From assembly GCA_963665845.2 (NCBI GenBank), contig OY762492.1, positions 2,560,001 to 2,624,000 on the forward strand: a stretch of 64,000 nucleotides of DNA, written 5' to 3'. A program made the translations under genes and the position numbers. Source of the DNA: Candidatus Poribacteria bacterium (lineage in GTDB: Bacteria; Poribacteria; WGA-4E; GCA-2687025). Shown here piece by piece: positions 9,936 to 18,973 of the stretch. Positions within the stretch are counted from its first letter, which is position 1, and every line of letters starts with the position of its first letter. The notes below the pieces were generated by a model, which saw only the letters and a list, made by a program, of their open reading frames with translations, was not told the origin of the DNA and made no database searches.

Positions 9936-10047
9936 ACTGCTGCCGCGGTCGTGACGGTTTTCATACCCGTTATCCGTTTCTTGCTCAGCTTGGGGTCTTA
10001 TGCTCTGGGGCATTGATGCCCCGTATGCGAATGTCGAAGGATCGGTT

Positions 10048-10641
10048 TCACGGGGTCGGGTCATTGTATTGCTTGATCTTGCAGATTTCTGTTGTCTCTA
10101 TGGAGGGGCCGCAGAGTACCAACGTAGGTTCTCCTTCTTCGAATATTATCCGCAGACTGACCTCCTCTCCTCTTATCGGCCCGAGAATGAGACGGCTCGT
10201 TTTCACAGCTTCTGCATTGAGTCTTCTATGTACGGTGGCTTTTGACGCTGTGATTTCGAATGCTGTGATTACGCCTTGTGCTTGTCCTCCACCGCCATGA
10301 ACACTATGCAACTCGAACGCGCAAATCTTTTCTGCGCGAACTTCCTTTGCTTCCAAGATTGTCTCAGCAATCTTAGCCTGTTTTTTCTGCGCCTTCTTCC
10401 CAGCCTTGTTCTGTTTCACGGCGTCACGTTTTCTCCGACGCCTTTCTGTGTAGCTCATCCAGGCGTTTTTGCCCCAGTCTCTCCAGTGCAAGATACCGTA
10501 GTGTACCGAAAGCATTGCGAACTGTGATGTCAGCACCCAGAACACGGGTGCGTCGAGTTTTCCGGCCTCGGCGTCTGATGTCAACGCGAGAATCAAAATT
10601 AACGCAACCATCAACGCGAAGATTGGTATGAGTTTCTTCAT
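10048..10641 (-). CDS. Hypothetical membrane/secreted protein
   Basis: Strong SD GAAAGGAG; signal-like MKKLIPIFALMVALILILALTSDAEA, a second hydrophobic segment and a basic region; lower GC than flanks. Confidence 0.6.
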   Translation of the reverse strand: MKKLIPIFALMVALILILALTSDAEAGKLDAPVFWVLTSQFAMLSVHYGILHWRDWGKNAWMSYTERRRRKRDAVKQNKAGKKAQKKQAKIAETILEAKEVRAEKICAFELHSVHGGGGQAQGVITAFEITASKATVHRRLNAEAVKTSRLILGPIRGEEVSLRIIFEEGEPTLVLCGPSIETTEICKIKQYNDPTP

Positions 10642-10691
10642 CGTTGCTCCTTTCTAAGAGCGTCTTGCATAAAAGCGCGCCGAAGCCCGCC

Positions 10692-11186
10692 CTACCTGAA
10701 AAGTCCCCTGAACAACCTTCTGAATATGGCTGCCCATGTCTTAGTGGGTCTGCTTCGAGGACGGGGGCGGTCGGAGGCTGGCTGCAGTCCGTACTGTTCT
10801 AACTGTTCCTGCAAATCTTTTTCAGAGAGCCGATGTCTCTTGGCGTGAACATATCGCCACACGATTTGATCCCAGAAGACTTCTTTCGTCATATGGGCGA
10901 CGTTGATGCTATCTGGATGGTTGGCGCAGGCGGCTTCTACCAGAGCGAAGTGGGCTTTCCAACAAACCCCAATGGCGTCCTCGTAATCGCGTAGCCAAGG
11001 ATATTGGCCGAACACGACTTCATCGAACACCTCCAGCTCTTCCGGCGCAGCCATTTCCAACCGCAATCTGGTGACTCGTTCATCTCTCTGTTCCAGCATT
11101 TGCGTACCTAGTTGGCGAAGCCTCTCTATCCTCCTCCATAAAGCAGCCTCATCTTGCCCGCTAAATGCGGCTTCTTGTTTCTTCAT
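10692..11186 (-). CDS. Hypothetical protein with C-terminal amphipathic helix
   Basis: SD GAAAGGAG before ATG 11186; ends TWAAIFRRLFRGLFR; lower GC. Confidence 0.6.
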   Translation of the reverse strand: MKKQEAAFSGQDEAALWRRIERLRQLGTQMLEQRDERVTRLRLEMAAPEELEVFDEVVFGQYPWLRDYEDAIGVCWKAHFALVEAACANHPDSINVAHMTKEVFWDQIVWRYVHAKRHRLSEKDLQEQLEQYGLQPASDRPRPRSRPTKTWAAIFRRLFRGLFR

Positions 11187-11452
11187 TGTTGCTCCTTTCA
11201 CAGAGTTTCGACTGGCGTTGCTACGCCGAGTTTCTTGATGATGGCGTCCGGCGCGTCCGTCAGTTCTCAGATATTGTTCGGTCTCGGCAGACCGTTCTTC
11301 GTTGCATTCGAAATTGGACTCCAGCCCCTGATGATTCTGAATCGCCTTCAGGCATCCCAGATGCGGATTGCGAAGATACTCTGTCTACTTTCTCCAATGA
11401 CCAAATGGATTATGGCGCAAACGGGGGGGTTGGTCAAGGCAAATGCGAAGTC

Positions 11453-11671
11453 GGCTGTCTCTACAGGCGATGACTTGACTTTAGAAGTCCGTTTTGGAAT
11501 GCGGAGCCTGTCTGGAAAAAGCTCTGGATTCCCGCTTACGCGGGAATGACAGCCGCCCGACGACAGCGGTAAGGCGTGGGTTTCTAGACTCCCCTTGAAA
11601 AGGGGAGGCTGGGGGGTTTTCGCTGCGCCCTCAAACAGGATTTTCGTACATCATCGCCTATAGAGACTGCC
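11453..11671. mobile_element. MITE family A copy (shorter internal variant)
   Basis: GGCTGTCTCTACAGGCGATGA ... TCATCGCCTATAGAGACTGCC; contains ATTCCCGCTTACGCGGGAAT and CCCCTTGAAAAGGGG palindromes. Confidence 0.8.
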
Positions 11672-11687
11672 GGACGAGCCGCCCAGT

Positions 11688-11716
11688 TTGAACTTCATCG
11701 GCAAATGCGCTATCAT
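11688..11716 (+). promoter_or_regulatory. Putative sigma70 promoter of the isp/cysS operon
   Basis: TTGAAC-17 bp-TATCAT. Confidence 0.5.
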
Positions 11717-11756
11717 ACCTCTTTAACAAAGCATGATGGACGGAGCGGAAAGCGTT

Positions 11757-12023
11757 TTGCCAAAATACATCTCGGCGCATGTGATCGCATGCATGCCGCA
11801 TCAACGGCTTCAAAAACTGCTGCGCGAAATACAGGCGGAAAAGGGCGATGTCCGCAACCTAAAAGCGTACTGCGACACGCTCCAAGGGCGCATGGTGTGC
11901 GAGTTTGAAGCGCCGGACGGCGCCGTTCTCGCCGAGTGGCTCAAGGCGCGCAAAATCGCGTACCAGTGGATCTTCCGCATCGAATTTTTTGCCGAAAACG
12001 GCGAGGTGGAACGGTATGCGTAA
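11757..12023 (+). CDS. Small hypothetical protein (possibly DUF4242/SCO4226-like)
   Basis: MPKYISAH...GRMVCEFEAPD pattern; GGAG SD before the TTG; family assignment tentative. Confidence 0.55.
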   Translation: MPKYISAHVIACMPHQRLQKLLREIQAEKGDVRNLKAYCDTLQGRMVCEFEAPDGAVLAEWLKARKIAYQWIFRIEFFAENGEVERYA

Positions 12024-12153
12024 ATGGCGGCTCTTGGCGGCTCTCTGGATCGCGGCGCTTGCGGCTGTCCTGCTGTTCGACTGGGGCGCGCGGCAGGTCT
12101 CGCTCATTTCGTTTGACGAGTCGACTTCCCCCTCCGCGGAGGCGGTTGAATAG
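12016..12153 (+). CDS. Small (45 aa) single-TM protein
   Basis: MRKWRLLAALWIAALAAVLLFDWG...; overlaps the upstream stop and ends 2 bp before ispD. Confidence 0.5.
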   Translation: MRKWRLLAALWIAALAAVLLFDWGARQVSLISFDESTSPSAEAVE

Positions 12154-12155
12154 CG

Positions 12156-12854
12156 ATGCGGCAGTTGGCGGCGGCGGTCGCGCCGTCTGCGGGCAAAGGC
12201 TCGCGCATGGGCGCGTCCGTCAAAAAAACCTACATCGAAATCATGGGGCGCCCGCTTGCCGCGCACACGCTGGAAGCGTTAGCCGCCTCTCCCCTGCTTG
12301 GCGAGATCGTCTGGGTCGCCGCCGAGGAGGATGCGGAACGCTGCAGCGCCCTGCTGGATGAATGGGGTTTTGACGGCAGATTCAAGGTTGCCGCCGGCGG
12401 CGCCTCCCGTCAAGAGTCGGTGTACCGCGGCTTGCTGGCGCTGACAAGCGAAGCGCCGTATGTGTTGATTCATGACGGAGCGCGCCCGTGCGTCTCGGCG
12501 GAGACGATCCAGCGCGTTCTTGAGGCGGCGGCTGAACATGGCGCGGCGCTCGCGGCGGTTCCCGTCAAAGACGCGCTCTGGAGCGCCGACGCGGACGGGC
12601 GTATCGGCGCTTCCGTCGCGCGCGAAGGGCTGTGGCGCGCGCAGACGCCGCAAGCGTTCCAGCGCGATCTGATTCTCAAAGCGCATGAAGCGGCGCGGCG
12701 GGACGGCTTTGAGGCGTCCGACGACGCGGCGCTCGCCCTGCGCGTCGGCGTTCCGCCCAAGATCGTCCTCGGCGATGAGCGGAACGTCAAAGCGACGGCG
12801 CCGGACGACCTGGCGCTGATTGAGCGCATTTTGTCGGCGCGGAAAGGCGGTTGA
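12156..12854 (+). CDS. ispD: 2-C-methyl-D-erythritol 4-phosphate cytidylyltransferase
   Basis: SAGKGSRMG, GGASRQESV, IHDGARP, QTPQAF, NVKAT. Confidence 0.95.
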   Translation: MRQLAAAVAPSAGKGSRMGASVKKTYIEIMGRPLAAHTLEALAASPLLGEIVWVAAEEDAERCSALLDEWGFDGRFKVAAGGASRQESVYRGLLALTSEAPYVLIHDGARPCVSAETIQRVLEAAAEHGAALAAVPVKDALWSADADGRIGASVAREGLWRAQTPQAFQRDLILKAHEAARRDGFEASDDAALALRVGVPPKIVLGDERNVKATAPDDLALIERILSARKGG

Positions 12855-12856
12855 AA

Positions 12857-13408
12857 ATGGACATCCGCGTCGGCGTCGGCTGGGACATTCACCGCTTGGA
12901 GCGCGGGCTGCCGCTTGTTCTGGGCGGGGTGACGATTCCGCACACGCATGGGCTGCGCGGACATTCAGACGCGGACGCGCTGACGCATGCGGCGGTGGAC
13001 GCGCTGCTGGGGGCGGCGTCGCTGGGCGACATCGGGACGCTTTTTCCAGACACCGACCCCGCATACGAAGGCGCGGACAGCCTTGAGCTGCTGAAAGAAG
13101 CGGCGCGGCGCGTCCGCAAGCGGTTTGCGATCCTGCATATCGACTCGACGGTGAAGGCGCAGAAGCCGATTCTCCGTCCGTATATACCCGAAATGCGAAA
13201 GCGAATGGCGGAAGCGGCAGGCATCGAAATCGAACGCATGAGCGTCAAAGCGAAGACAGGCGAACGGGTCGGGCCGGTCGGGCGGGGCGAGGCGATTGAG
13301 GCGGAAGCGGCGGCGACGTTGCGCCTGATAGAAAACGCGCCGCCAGCATCCAACGACAGCCCGCCCCCTGCGTCATTCCCGCATCCTCCTCCTGTCATTC
13401 CCGCGTAA
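12857..13408 (+). CDS. ispF: 2-C-methyl-D-erythritol 2,4-cyclodiphosphate synthase
   Basis: RVGVGWDIH, GHSDADALTHA, GDIGTLFPDTDP, SVKAKT; Pro-rich tail read through repeat DNA. Confidence 0.95.
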   Translation: MDIRVGVGWDIHRLERGLPLVLGGVTIPHTHGLRGHSDADALTHAAVDALLGAASLGDIGTLFPDTDPAYEGADSLELLKEAARRVRKRFAILHIDSTVKAQKPILRPYIPEMRKRMAEAAGIEIERMSVKAKTGERVGPVGRGEAIEAEAAATLRLIENAPPASNDSPPPASFPHPPPVIPA

Positions 13409-13635
13409 GCGGGAATCTTAAAACTTAGAAAGGAGACCAGCGAACATGGGCATTCGGCTTTACAACACAATAACGCGCAGCCTTATACGTCATTTTCGCA
13501 TCCTCCTCGTTCCCCGCTTCCGCGAGGACATGCATTCCCGTATCCTCCTCCTGTCATTCCCGCGTAAGCGGGAATCTTAAACTTAGAAAGGAGACCAGCG
13601 AACATGGGCATTCGGCTTTACAACACCATGACGCG
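13375..13635 (+). repeat. Direct duplication (about 95-100 bp) of the palindrome, RBS and first codons of cysS
   Basis: TCCTCCTCCTGTCATTCCCGCGTAAGCGGGAATCTTAAA(A)CTTAGAAAGGAGACCAGCGAACATGGGCATTCGGCTTTACAACAC occurs at about 13384-13468 and 13543-13626. Confidence 0.9.
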
Positions 13636-15226
13636 GCGCGTGGAACCGTTTGAGCCGCTAAAAGAAGGGGAGGTCTCCATCTACTGCTGCGGTCCGACCG
13701 TGTACGATCTGATTGGCATTCACAACGCGCGCACGTTCGTATCGTTCGATCTGGCGCGGCGGTATCTGGAATACCGCGGCTATCGTGTTTCGTATGTGCA
13801 GAACATCACCGACATTGACGACAAGATCATCGCGCGGGCGAATGAACGCGGCGCCGATCCGCTGGAATGGGCGGGAAAATATGCGCAGGCGTATCAGGAC
13901 GATATGAACGCGCTGGGCGTCAAACCGCCGAACGAGCAGCCCCGCGCGATGGAAACGCTGGAGGAAATGATCGACATGATCAAGGCGCTGGAGAAGATGG
14001 GCGCGGCGTATGCAACCTCGTCGGGCGTCTATTTTTCGATTGCGTCATTTGAGCGGTACGGCTGCCTGTCGCGGCGCAACCTGGACGAACTGCGGACAGG
14101 CGCGCGGGTCGATGTGGACGAAGAAAAACGCGATCCGCGCGACTTCGCCCTATGGAAACGCGCCAAACCAGGCGAACCGGAATGGGACAGCCCATGGGGA
14201 AAGGGGCGCCCTGGATGGCATATCGAATGCTCGGCGATGGCGCGCAAACATCTCGGCAACACGGTCGACATCCATGCCGCCGGCGAAGACCTGATCTTCC
14301 CGCACCATGAAAACGAAATCGCCCAAAGCGAAAAAGCGAACGGAGAGCCGCTCGCCCGCTACTGGATGCACGGAGCGCTCATGCGCGTCGGCGGACAGCG
14401 CATGGGCAAGTCGCTCGGCAACTTCATTCCCGCCAGGGAGGCGCTGGAGCGGTATCCCGTCGCGGCGCTGCGCCTGTTTTACGCCTCGACGCACTACCGC
14501 AAGCCGCTCGATTTCACCGAAGAGGCGATTGAGCGGCAGATCGCGCCGATGCGCCGGCTGAACCGATGCATCGACGCGCTGGAGGCGGCGGCCGAGGCGG
14601 CGCCGTCAAACGGACCGACCCGCTCCGAAGCGGCGGACGCCTTCCATGCGGCGCTGCGCAAAACCGAGGCGGCGTTCATCGAGACGGTGGACGAGGACTT
14701 CAACTTCCCCGGCGGCTTGGGCGTTCTGTTTGAATTTGCGCGGACGGCGAACCGCTTTCTGGCGGAGGGCGGCGCCGATGAGCCGGGCGCGCTGCAGGTT
14801 CTGGACGACGCGCAGCGGTGGATGAACGGGGCGGCGGGCGGACTGCTCGGCGTCAGGGAAAGCGGCGCAAAGGATACGGGCGAAACGGACGCGCGGCTCA
14901 AAAACGCGCTCCAAGCGGCGCTGAACTGGCGCGCGAAAGCGAGAGAACAACGCGACTGGTCAACCGCGGACGCGATACGCGACGGCTTAGCGGAACGCGG
15001 CGTGTCGGTGACCGACGCCAAAGAGGGCGCGTCCTGGGAGCTGTTGGAAGGCGCGGACGCCAACGCCGCCGCCGAACGCGCCGTTCAGCTGCTGGCGGAG
15101 CTGCGCGCCGACGCGCGGGCGCGAAAAGATTGGGCGGCGGCTGACGCGATACGCGGCGCGCTTTCAAAGGCGGGCGTTTCATTGACCGACAAGCCCGCCG
15201 GCGGGACGGAATGGAGCTGGGAATAG
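13604..15226 (+). CDS. cysS: Cysteine--tRNA ligase
   Basis: [51 protein letters not shown]; conserved ispD-ispF-cysS order. Confidence 0.95.
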   Translation: MGIRLYNTMTRRVEPFEPLKEGEVSIYCCGPTVYDLIGIHNARTFVSFDLARRYLEYRGYRVSYVQNITDIDDKIIARANERGADPLEWAGKYAQAYQDDMNALGVKPPNEQPRAMETLEEMIDMIKALEKMGAAYATSSGVYFSIASFERYGCLSRRNLDELRTGARVDVDEEKRDPRDFALWKRAKPGEPEWDSPWGKGRPGWHIECSAMARKHLGNTVDIHAAGEDLIFPHHENEIAQSEKANGEPLARYWMHGALMRVGGQRMGKSLGNFIPAREALERYPVAALRLFYASTHYRKPLDFTEEAIERQIAPMRRLNRCIDALEAAAEAAPSNGPTRSEAADAFHAALRKTEAAFIETVDEDFNFPGGLGVLFEFARTANRFLAEGGADEPGALQVLDDAQRWMNGAAGGLLGVRESGAKDTGETDARLKNALQAALNWRAKAREQRDWSTADAIRDGLAERGVSVTDAKEGASWELLEGADANAAAERAVQLLAELRADARARKDWAAADAIRGALSKAGVSLTDKPAGGTEWSWE

Positions 15227-15273
15227 CGCGGCGGGTCATTCGTTATTTGACCGTAAAATGTCCGCGCCGGGCG

Positions 15274-15444
15274 TCGTCATTCCCGCGCAAGCGGGAATCC
15301 AGAGTCCAACAGACGGCGTTCACAGCCGCATGCCGACACGTCCCAACGAAACCTTTAAATCGTCATTCCCGCGCAAGCGGGAATCCAGAGTCCAGCAGAC
15401 GGCGTTCACAGCCGCATGCCGACACGTCCCAACGAAACCTTAAA
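15274..15444 (+). repeat. Tandem duplication of an 86-bp unit containing the ATTCCC-N8-GGGAAT palindrome
   Basis: TCGTCATTCCCGCGCAAGCGGGAATCCAGAGTCCA...ACGTCCCAACGAAACCTT begins at both 15274 and 15360. Confidence 0.9.
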
Positions 15445-15670
15445 GTAAGAGCTAAAGAATCTTTTGAACGGACACGGACGGAGCGGCGAAGGCTCCGCAA
15501 AAGCGCTGAAACGCGCGCCAACGCCATGAAAACGCCGAGAAAGGAGCGGACGACGGAAGCAGGCGTAAAGCCTGGACAAGGGTACCAACTTCCTTGTCTA
15601 TGGGGCGGTAACCATCGTCCATCGCCTCGGCGTTGTTATATCATGCAGTACAGAACGCCCCGATATCCAA

Positions 15671-16651
15671 TTAAAGCAGGCGCGCCGCGTCCTTCGCAAA
15701 GTAGGTGATGATCATATCGGCGCCCGCCCGCGCGATGCTTGTCAGCGACTCCAGCGCCGCCGCCTGTTCATCCAGCCAGCCCAGACGCGCCGCCGCCTTG
15801 ATCATCGCATATTCGCCGCTCACCTGATACGCCGCAATCGGCGTGTCAAACCGACCGCGCGCCGCCCGTATCACATCCAGATACGGCATCGCCGGCTTCA
15901 CCATCGCAATGTCCGCGCCCTCCTGTATGTCCAGCTCGATCTCGCGCAGCGCCTCCCGAACGTTCGGCGGGTCCATCTGATAAGAGCGTCGGTCGCCGAA
16001 CTGCGGCGCCGAGTCGGCCGCCTCGCGGAACGGGCCGTAAAACGCGGAGGCATATTTTGCCGCATAGGACATGATCGGAATATGAGAGCGCCCCGCCGCG
16101 TCCAGAGCCGAGCGGATCGCGCCGACCCGCCCGTCCATCATATCGGAAGGGGCGACCATATCCGCGCCCGCCTGCGCATGCGACAGGGCGGTCTCGGCGA
16201 GAAGCGCGGCGGTCGGGTCGTTCTCCACAACGCCATGCGCATTCAACTTGCCGCAATGCCCATGATCCGTATAGGCGCACAGGCAGACGTCCGCAATGAG
16301 CAGGAGCGAGGGGCATGCGCTTTTCAACGCGCGGAGCGCTTCTTGGACGGCGCCGTGCGGGTCGCGCGACTCGGAGCCGACAGCGTCTTTGCGCGCCGGG
16401 ACGCCGAACAGCAGCGCCGCCGGTATGCCGAGAGAAACCAGCTCGGACGCCTCCTCAACGAGAAGGTCGGGGCTGAGCTGCGCGCAGCCGGGCATCGACT
16501 CGATGGGTCTCCGGACGCCCTCGCCATGAACGGCGAAAAGCGGGTAGATGAACCGATCGGGCGACAGGCGCGTTTCCCGGATCAGACGCCGATGAGCGTC
16601 CGAAGCGCGCATACGGCGCATGCGGAGAGGCAGGTTCAATGCGTGTTTCAT
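15671..16651 (-). CDS. hemB: Porphobilinogen synthase (delta-aminolevulinate dehydratase)
   Basis: [14 protein letters not shown] Zn site, [37 protein letters not shown]. Confidence 0.97.
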   Translation of the reverse strand: MKHALNLPLRMRRMRASDAHRRLIRETRLSPDRFIYPLFAVHGEGVRRPIESMPGCAQLSPDLLVEEASELVSLGIPAALLFGVPARKDAVGSESRDPHGAVQEALRALKSACPSLLLIADVCLCAYTDHGHCGKLNAHGVVENDPTAALLAETALSHAQAGADMVAPSDMMDGRVGAIRSALDAAGRSHIPIMSYAAKYASAFYGPFREAADSAPQFGDRRSYQMDPPNVREALREIELDIQEGADIAMVKPAMPYLDVIRAARGRFDTPIAAYQVSGEYAMIKAAARLGWLDEQAAALESLTSIARAGADMIITYFAKDAARLL

Positions 16652-16698
16652 ACGACGCATTATGCCAGCGTTTGGGAAGGCGCGTCAAGAGGGCGGAG

Positions 16699-16910
16699 CC
16701 GACCCCATGCGTAAAGTTGGGAAAGTTGGACGCGCAAAACCTTTCTTCATGGGAAAAATGTCCCGCCAACCAGACCGTCATTCCCGCGCCCCTCTCCTCG
16801 TCATTCCCGCGCCCCTCTCCTCGTCATTCCCGCGTAAGCGGGAATCTTAAGGCATCGCAACCGCCGCGCCCGTTCTTTAAACCCCCCTAGCCCCCTTTCA
16901 AGGGGGGAAT
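16699..16910. repeat. Composite repeat: degenerate MITE-B end, tandem TCATTCCCGCGCCCCTCTCC units, REP palindromes
   Basis: GACCCCATGCGTAAAGTTGGGA, three GTCATTCCCGCG starts, CCCCCTTTCAAGGGGGG. Confidence 0.7.
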
Positions 16911-16949
16911 CGTACGGGGCGCGTCAAGCGGGCGGAGCCGCCAAGCCCG

Positions 16950-18440
16950 TCAATCGATACCGATCGCGCTAAGGTCGATATCGGTCATGCTATGGTCGAT
17001 ATCGATCTCGCCAAGGTCAAGCTCATACACCTTCAGATTCGGGTCGTTCTCACGCCCCCACATATGCTCACGCTCGAATTCAGTGAACGGTTTGAAACCG
17101 ACCTCCAATGCCCTTTGAATCTCTTCAAGCTCGCTCCGCAGCGACTCCGTATCGCTTTCGGACGACGCGCCGCTCAGACGCGCTTGTAAATCTGCCTGCT
17201 TTTGCAGCAGCGTCTCCTTGAACTGAAGTTGCTCTTCTGAATATACGCGCCGCTTGCGGAATTTGATGATGTATTTTTCATGCGGAAGCATCCTGATGAC
17301 CTGGCCGTTTGGCAAGGTCCTCTTTTGATGCGGCATCTCGTCTGGATCCAGCCTGCCCGACCGCACCAGTAAAACCGCTGGATGAAAATCGTACCAAGCA
17401 GGATATCGCGGATCGTAGCTGGAATTAGCCCCCTGTTGATGATAGTACTTTTTCAGCGCTTCCCACACATAAGCGTATTCTGGGTCGTGTTCAATCTTAG
17501 CTTTCATCGCGTCGGTGGCTTTGTTCATTGCCTCTTGCTTCGGCAGTATCTGAATCAGCGCGTCGTATTCGACGCCTGTGATACGGGCGCATTCGCCCAT
17601 CGCGTCGTCCCAAGACAGCAGCTCCACAGGAGGCTTGGAGCTTTTGACTTCGGGTGTTTCGCTTGTCGAAGGATTGGCAGCGCCGGACGCTTCCTCTTCC
17701 ACCTCTGGGATGAATCGAGGCGTCTGATCTTCAGGTCTGAGCGGCGAATCGTCCAGCCTAGGCGACTGGGCAGCGTCGGGCGCGCTTCTTTCGTCCGCTG
17801 GTTCGCGTCCGCTCAATAGCATCCACAGCGCGGCAGCGGCCGCCAATGCAACCGCGGTTCCGACAATTTTTGTAGTGTTCGACACGAGCAAAACTCCTCC
17901 CCAAGCCGCGCGTTTGAAGCCTCCAAACACGAAGACCAGCGCGGCGCCTATCGATTTGAATATCTTGCGAAGACGTTTTTTGGCGCGGTGAATTCGCAGC
18001 GCGACCGCCGAATAGGACAACCCATGCCGTGCCTGCAGTTCAGCGTAGGAGGCGTCCTCCATATACCGGGCGCGCAGCAGCTCTCGATCCGAGCGGCTCA
18101 ACGACTCCATCGCTTGATGAAGGCGCCGATTCCGCTCCGCCTCTTCGACGGCGTCATGCGGCGTTCTCCAGTCGATCAGTTCGGGAATATCCTCCATCGG
18201 CTCTTCCCGCTTTTTTCGATTCCATTCCCGCGCCAGGTTGCGCGCAATGGCGGCGATCCATCGGTCAAACTTCTCCGCGTCGCGCAGCTGATGCTGTTTG
18301 GAATAGGCGCGCAGCAGCGTTTCTTGAACGAAATCGTCCAGATCGGCGCGGTTGCGCAGCTTCCGCTGTCCGATGCGCCGGATATTCTCCATCTGGCTCA
18401 AGGCGGCGTCGTCGAAGTTGAACCGATCGGATAAGCTCAT
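16950..18440 (-). CDS. ECF sigma factor with TM segment and long extracytoplasmic C-terminal extension
   Basis: sigma2 DLDDFVQETLLRAY...FDRWIAAIARN; sigma4 SLSRSDRELL...SYAEL...HRAKKRLRK; hydrophobic IVGTAVALAAAAALWMLL; GGGAGG SD. Confidence 0.9.
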   Translation of the reverse strand: MSLSDRFNFDDAALSQMENIRRIGQRKLRNRADLDDFVQETLLRAYSKQHQLRDAEKFDRWIAAIARNLAREWNRKKREEPMEDIPELIDWRTPHDAVEEAERNRRLHQAMESLSRSDRELLRARYMEDASYAELQARHGLSYSAVALRIHRAKKRLRKIFKSIGAALVFVFGGFKRAAWGGVLLVSNTTKIVGTAVALAAAAALWMLLSGREPADERSAPDAAQSPRLDDSPLRPEDQTPRFIPEVEEEASGAANPSTSETPEVKSSKPPVELLSWDDAMGECARITGVEYDALIQILPKQEAMNKATDAMKAKIEHDPEYAYVWEALKKYYHQQGANSSYDPRYPAWYDFHPAVLLVRSGRLDPDEMPHQKRTLPNGQVIRMLPHEKYIIKFRKRRVYSEEQLQFKETLLQKQADLQARLSGASSESDTESLRSELEEIQRALEVGFKPFTEFEREHMWGRENDPNLKVYELDLGEIDIDHSMTDIDLSAIGID

Positions 18441-18519
18441 AAAACGTCCTCCCTACCCTAATTGATGAATGGGGGCGGTTTATTTTACATCTTTTTGCGT
18501 TTTATGTGCGTTCTAGGGC

Positions 18520-18915
18520 GCGGCGGCTTTCTAGACTTCCCCCTTGAAAGGGGGGCTGGGGGGGTTTCCGCGGACGCGGCGGCTTTCTGGACTCCCCCCT
18601 TGAAAAGGGGGGTTTTTGCGGACGCGGCGGCTTTCTGGACTCCCCCTTGAAAAGGGGGGCTGGGGGGGTTTCCGCGGACGCGGACAGCGCGCGCGGCGGC
18701 TAAGATTCCCGCTTACGCGGGAATGACGATCCGGGGAAACGGCGCGGATGGGAGACGCAAAGCGTTGGGGGTTGCCTCTGGATTCCCGCACGTTTTACCG
18801 CAAGGGCGGGAATGCATGCCCTCGCGGAAGCGGGGGACGGCCTGGTTGGCAACGCTTTTTCCCATGAATAAAGCGATCGTCGGTTCAAATGTCCCAACTA
18901 AAGGCGTTAGGTCAG
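18520..18915. repeat. Composite repeat: three tandem CCCCCTTGAAAAGGGGG units, ATTCCC-N8-GGGAAT palindromes and one MITE-B end
   Basis: GCGGCTTTCTRGACTCCCCC..TTGAAA(A)GGGGG three times; ATGTCCCAACTAAAGGCGTTAGGTCAG at 18889-18915. Confidence 0.85.
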
Positions 18916-18973
18916 AGCCTAGCGGTTGACAAAAAAACGCGCCCCCGCCCAAAAGCGCGGCTATTATAAAGAC

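Noticed and set aside
13508-13580. CGTTCCCCGCTTCCGCGAGGAC and ATTCCCGCGTAAGCGGGAAT resemble type I-E CRISPR repeats
   Set aside because: Copies are dispersed, in both orientations, without regular unique spacers, leader or cas genes; they behave as REP/MITE modules.
13410-13603. T-box or attenuator leader for cysS
   Set aside because: No T-box consensus or Cys-rich leader peptide; the region is explained by the direct duplication.
15274-15444. Two repeats with a spacer as a mini-CRISPR
   Set aside because: The 'spacer' is duplicated too, so this is a plain 86-bp tandem duplication.
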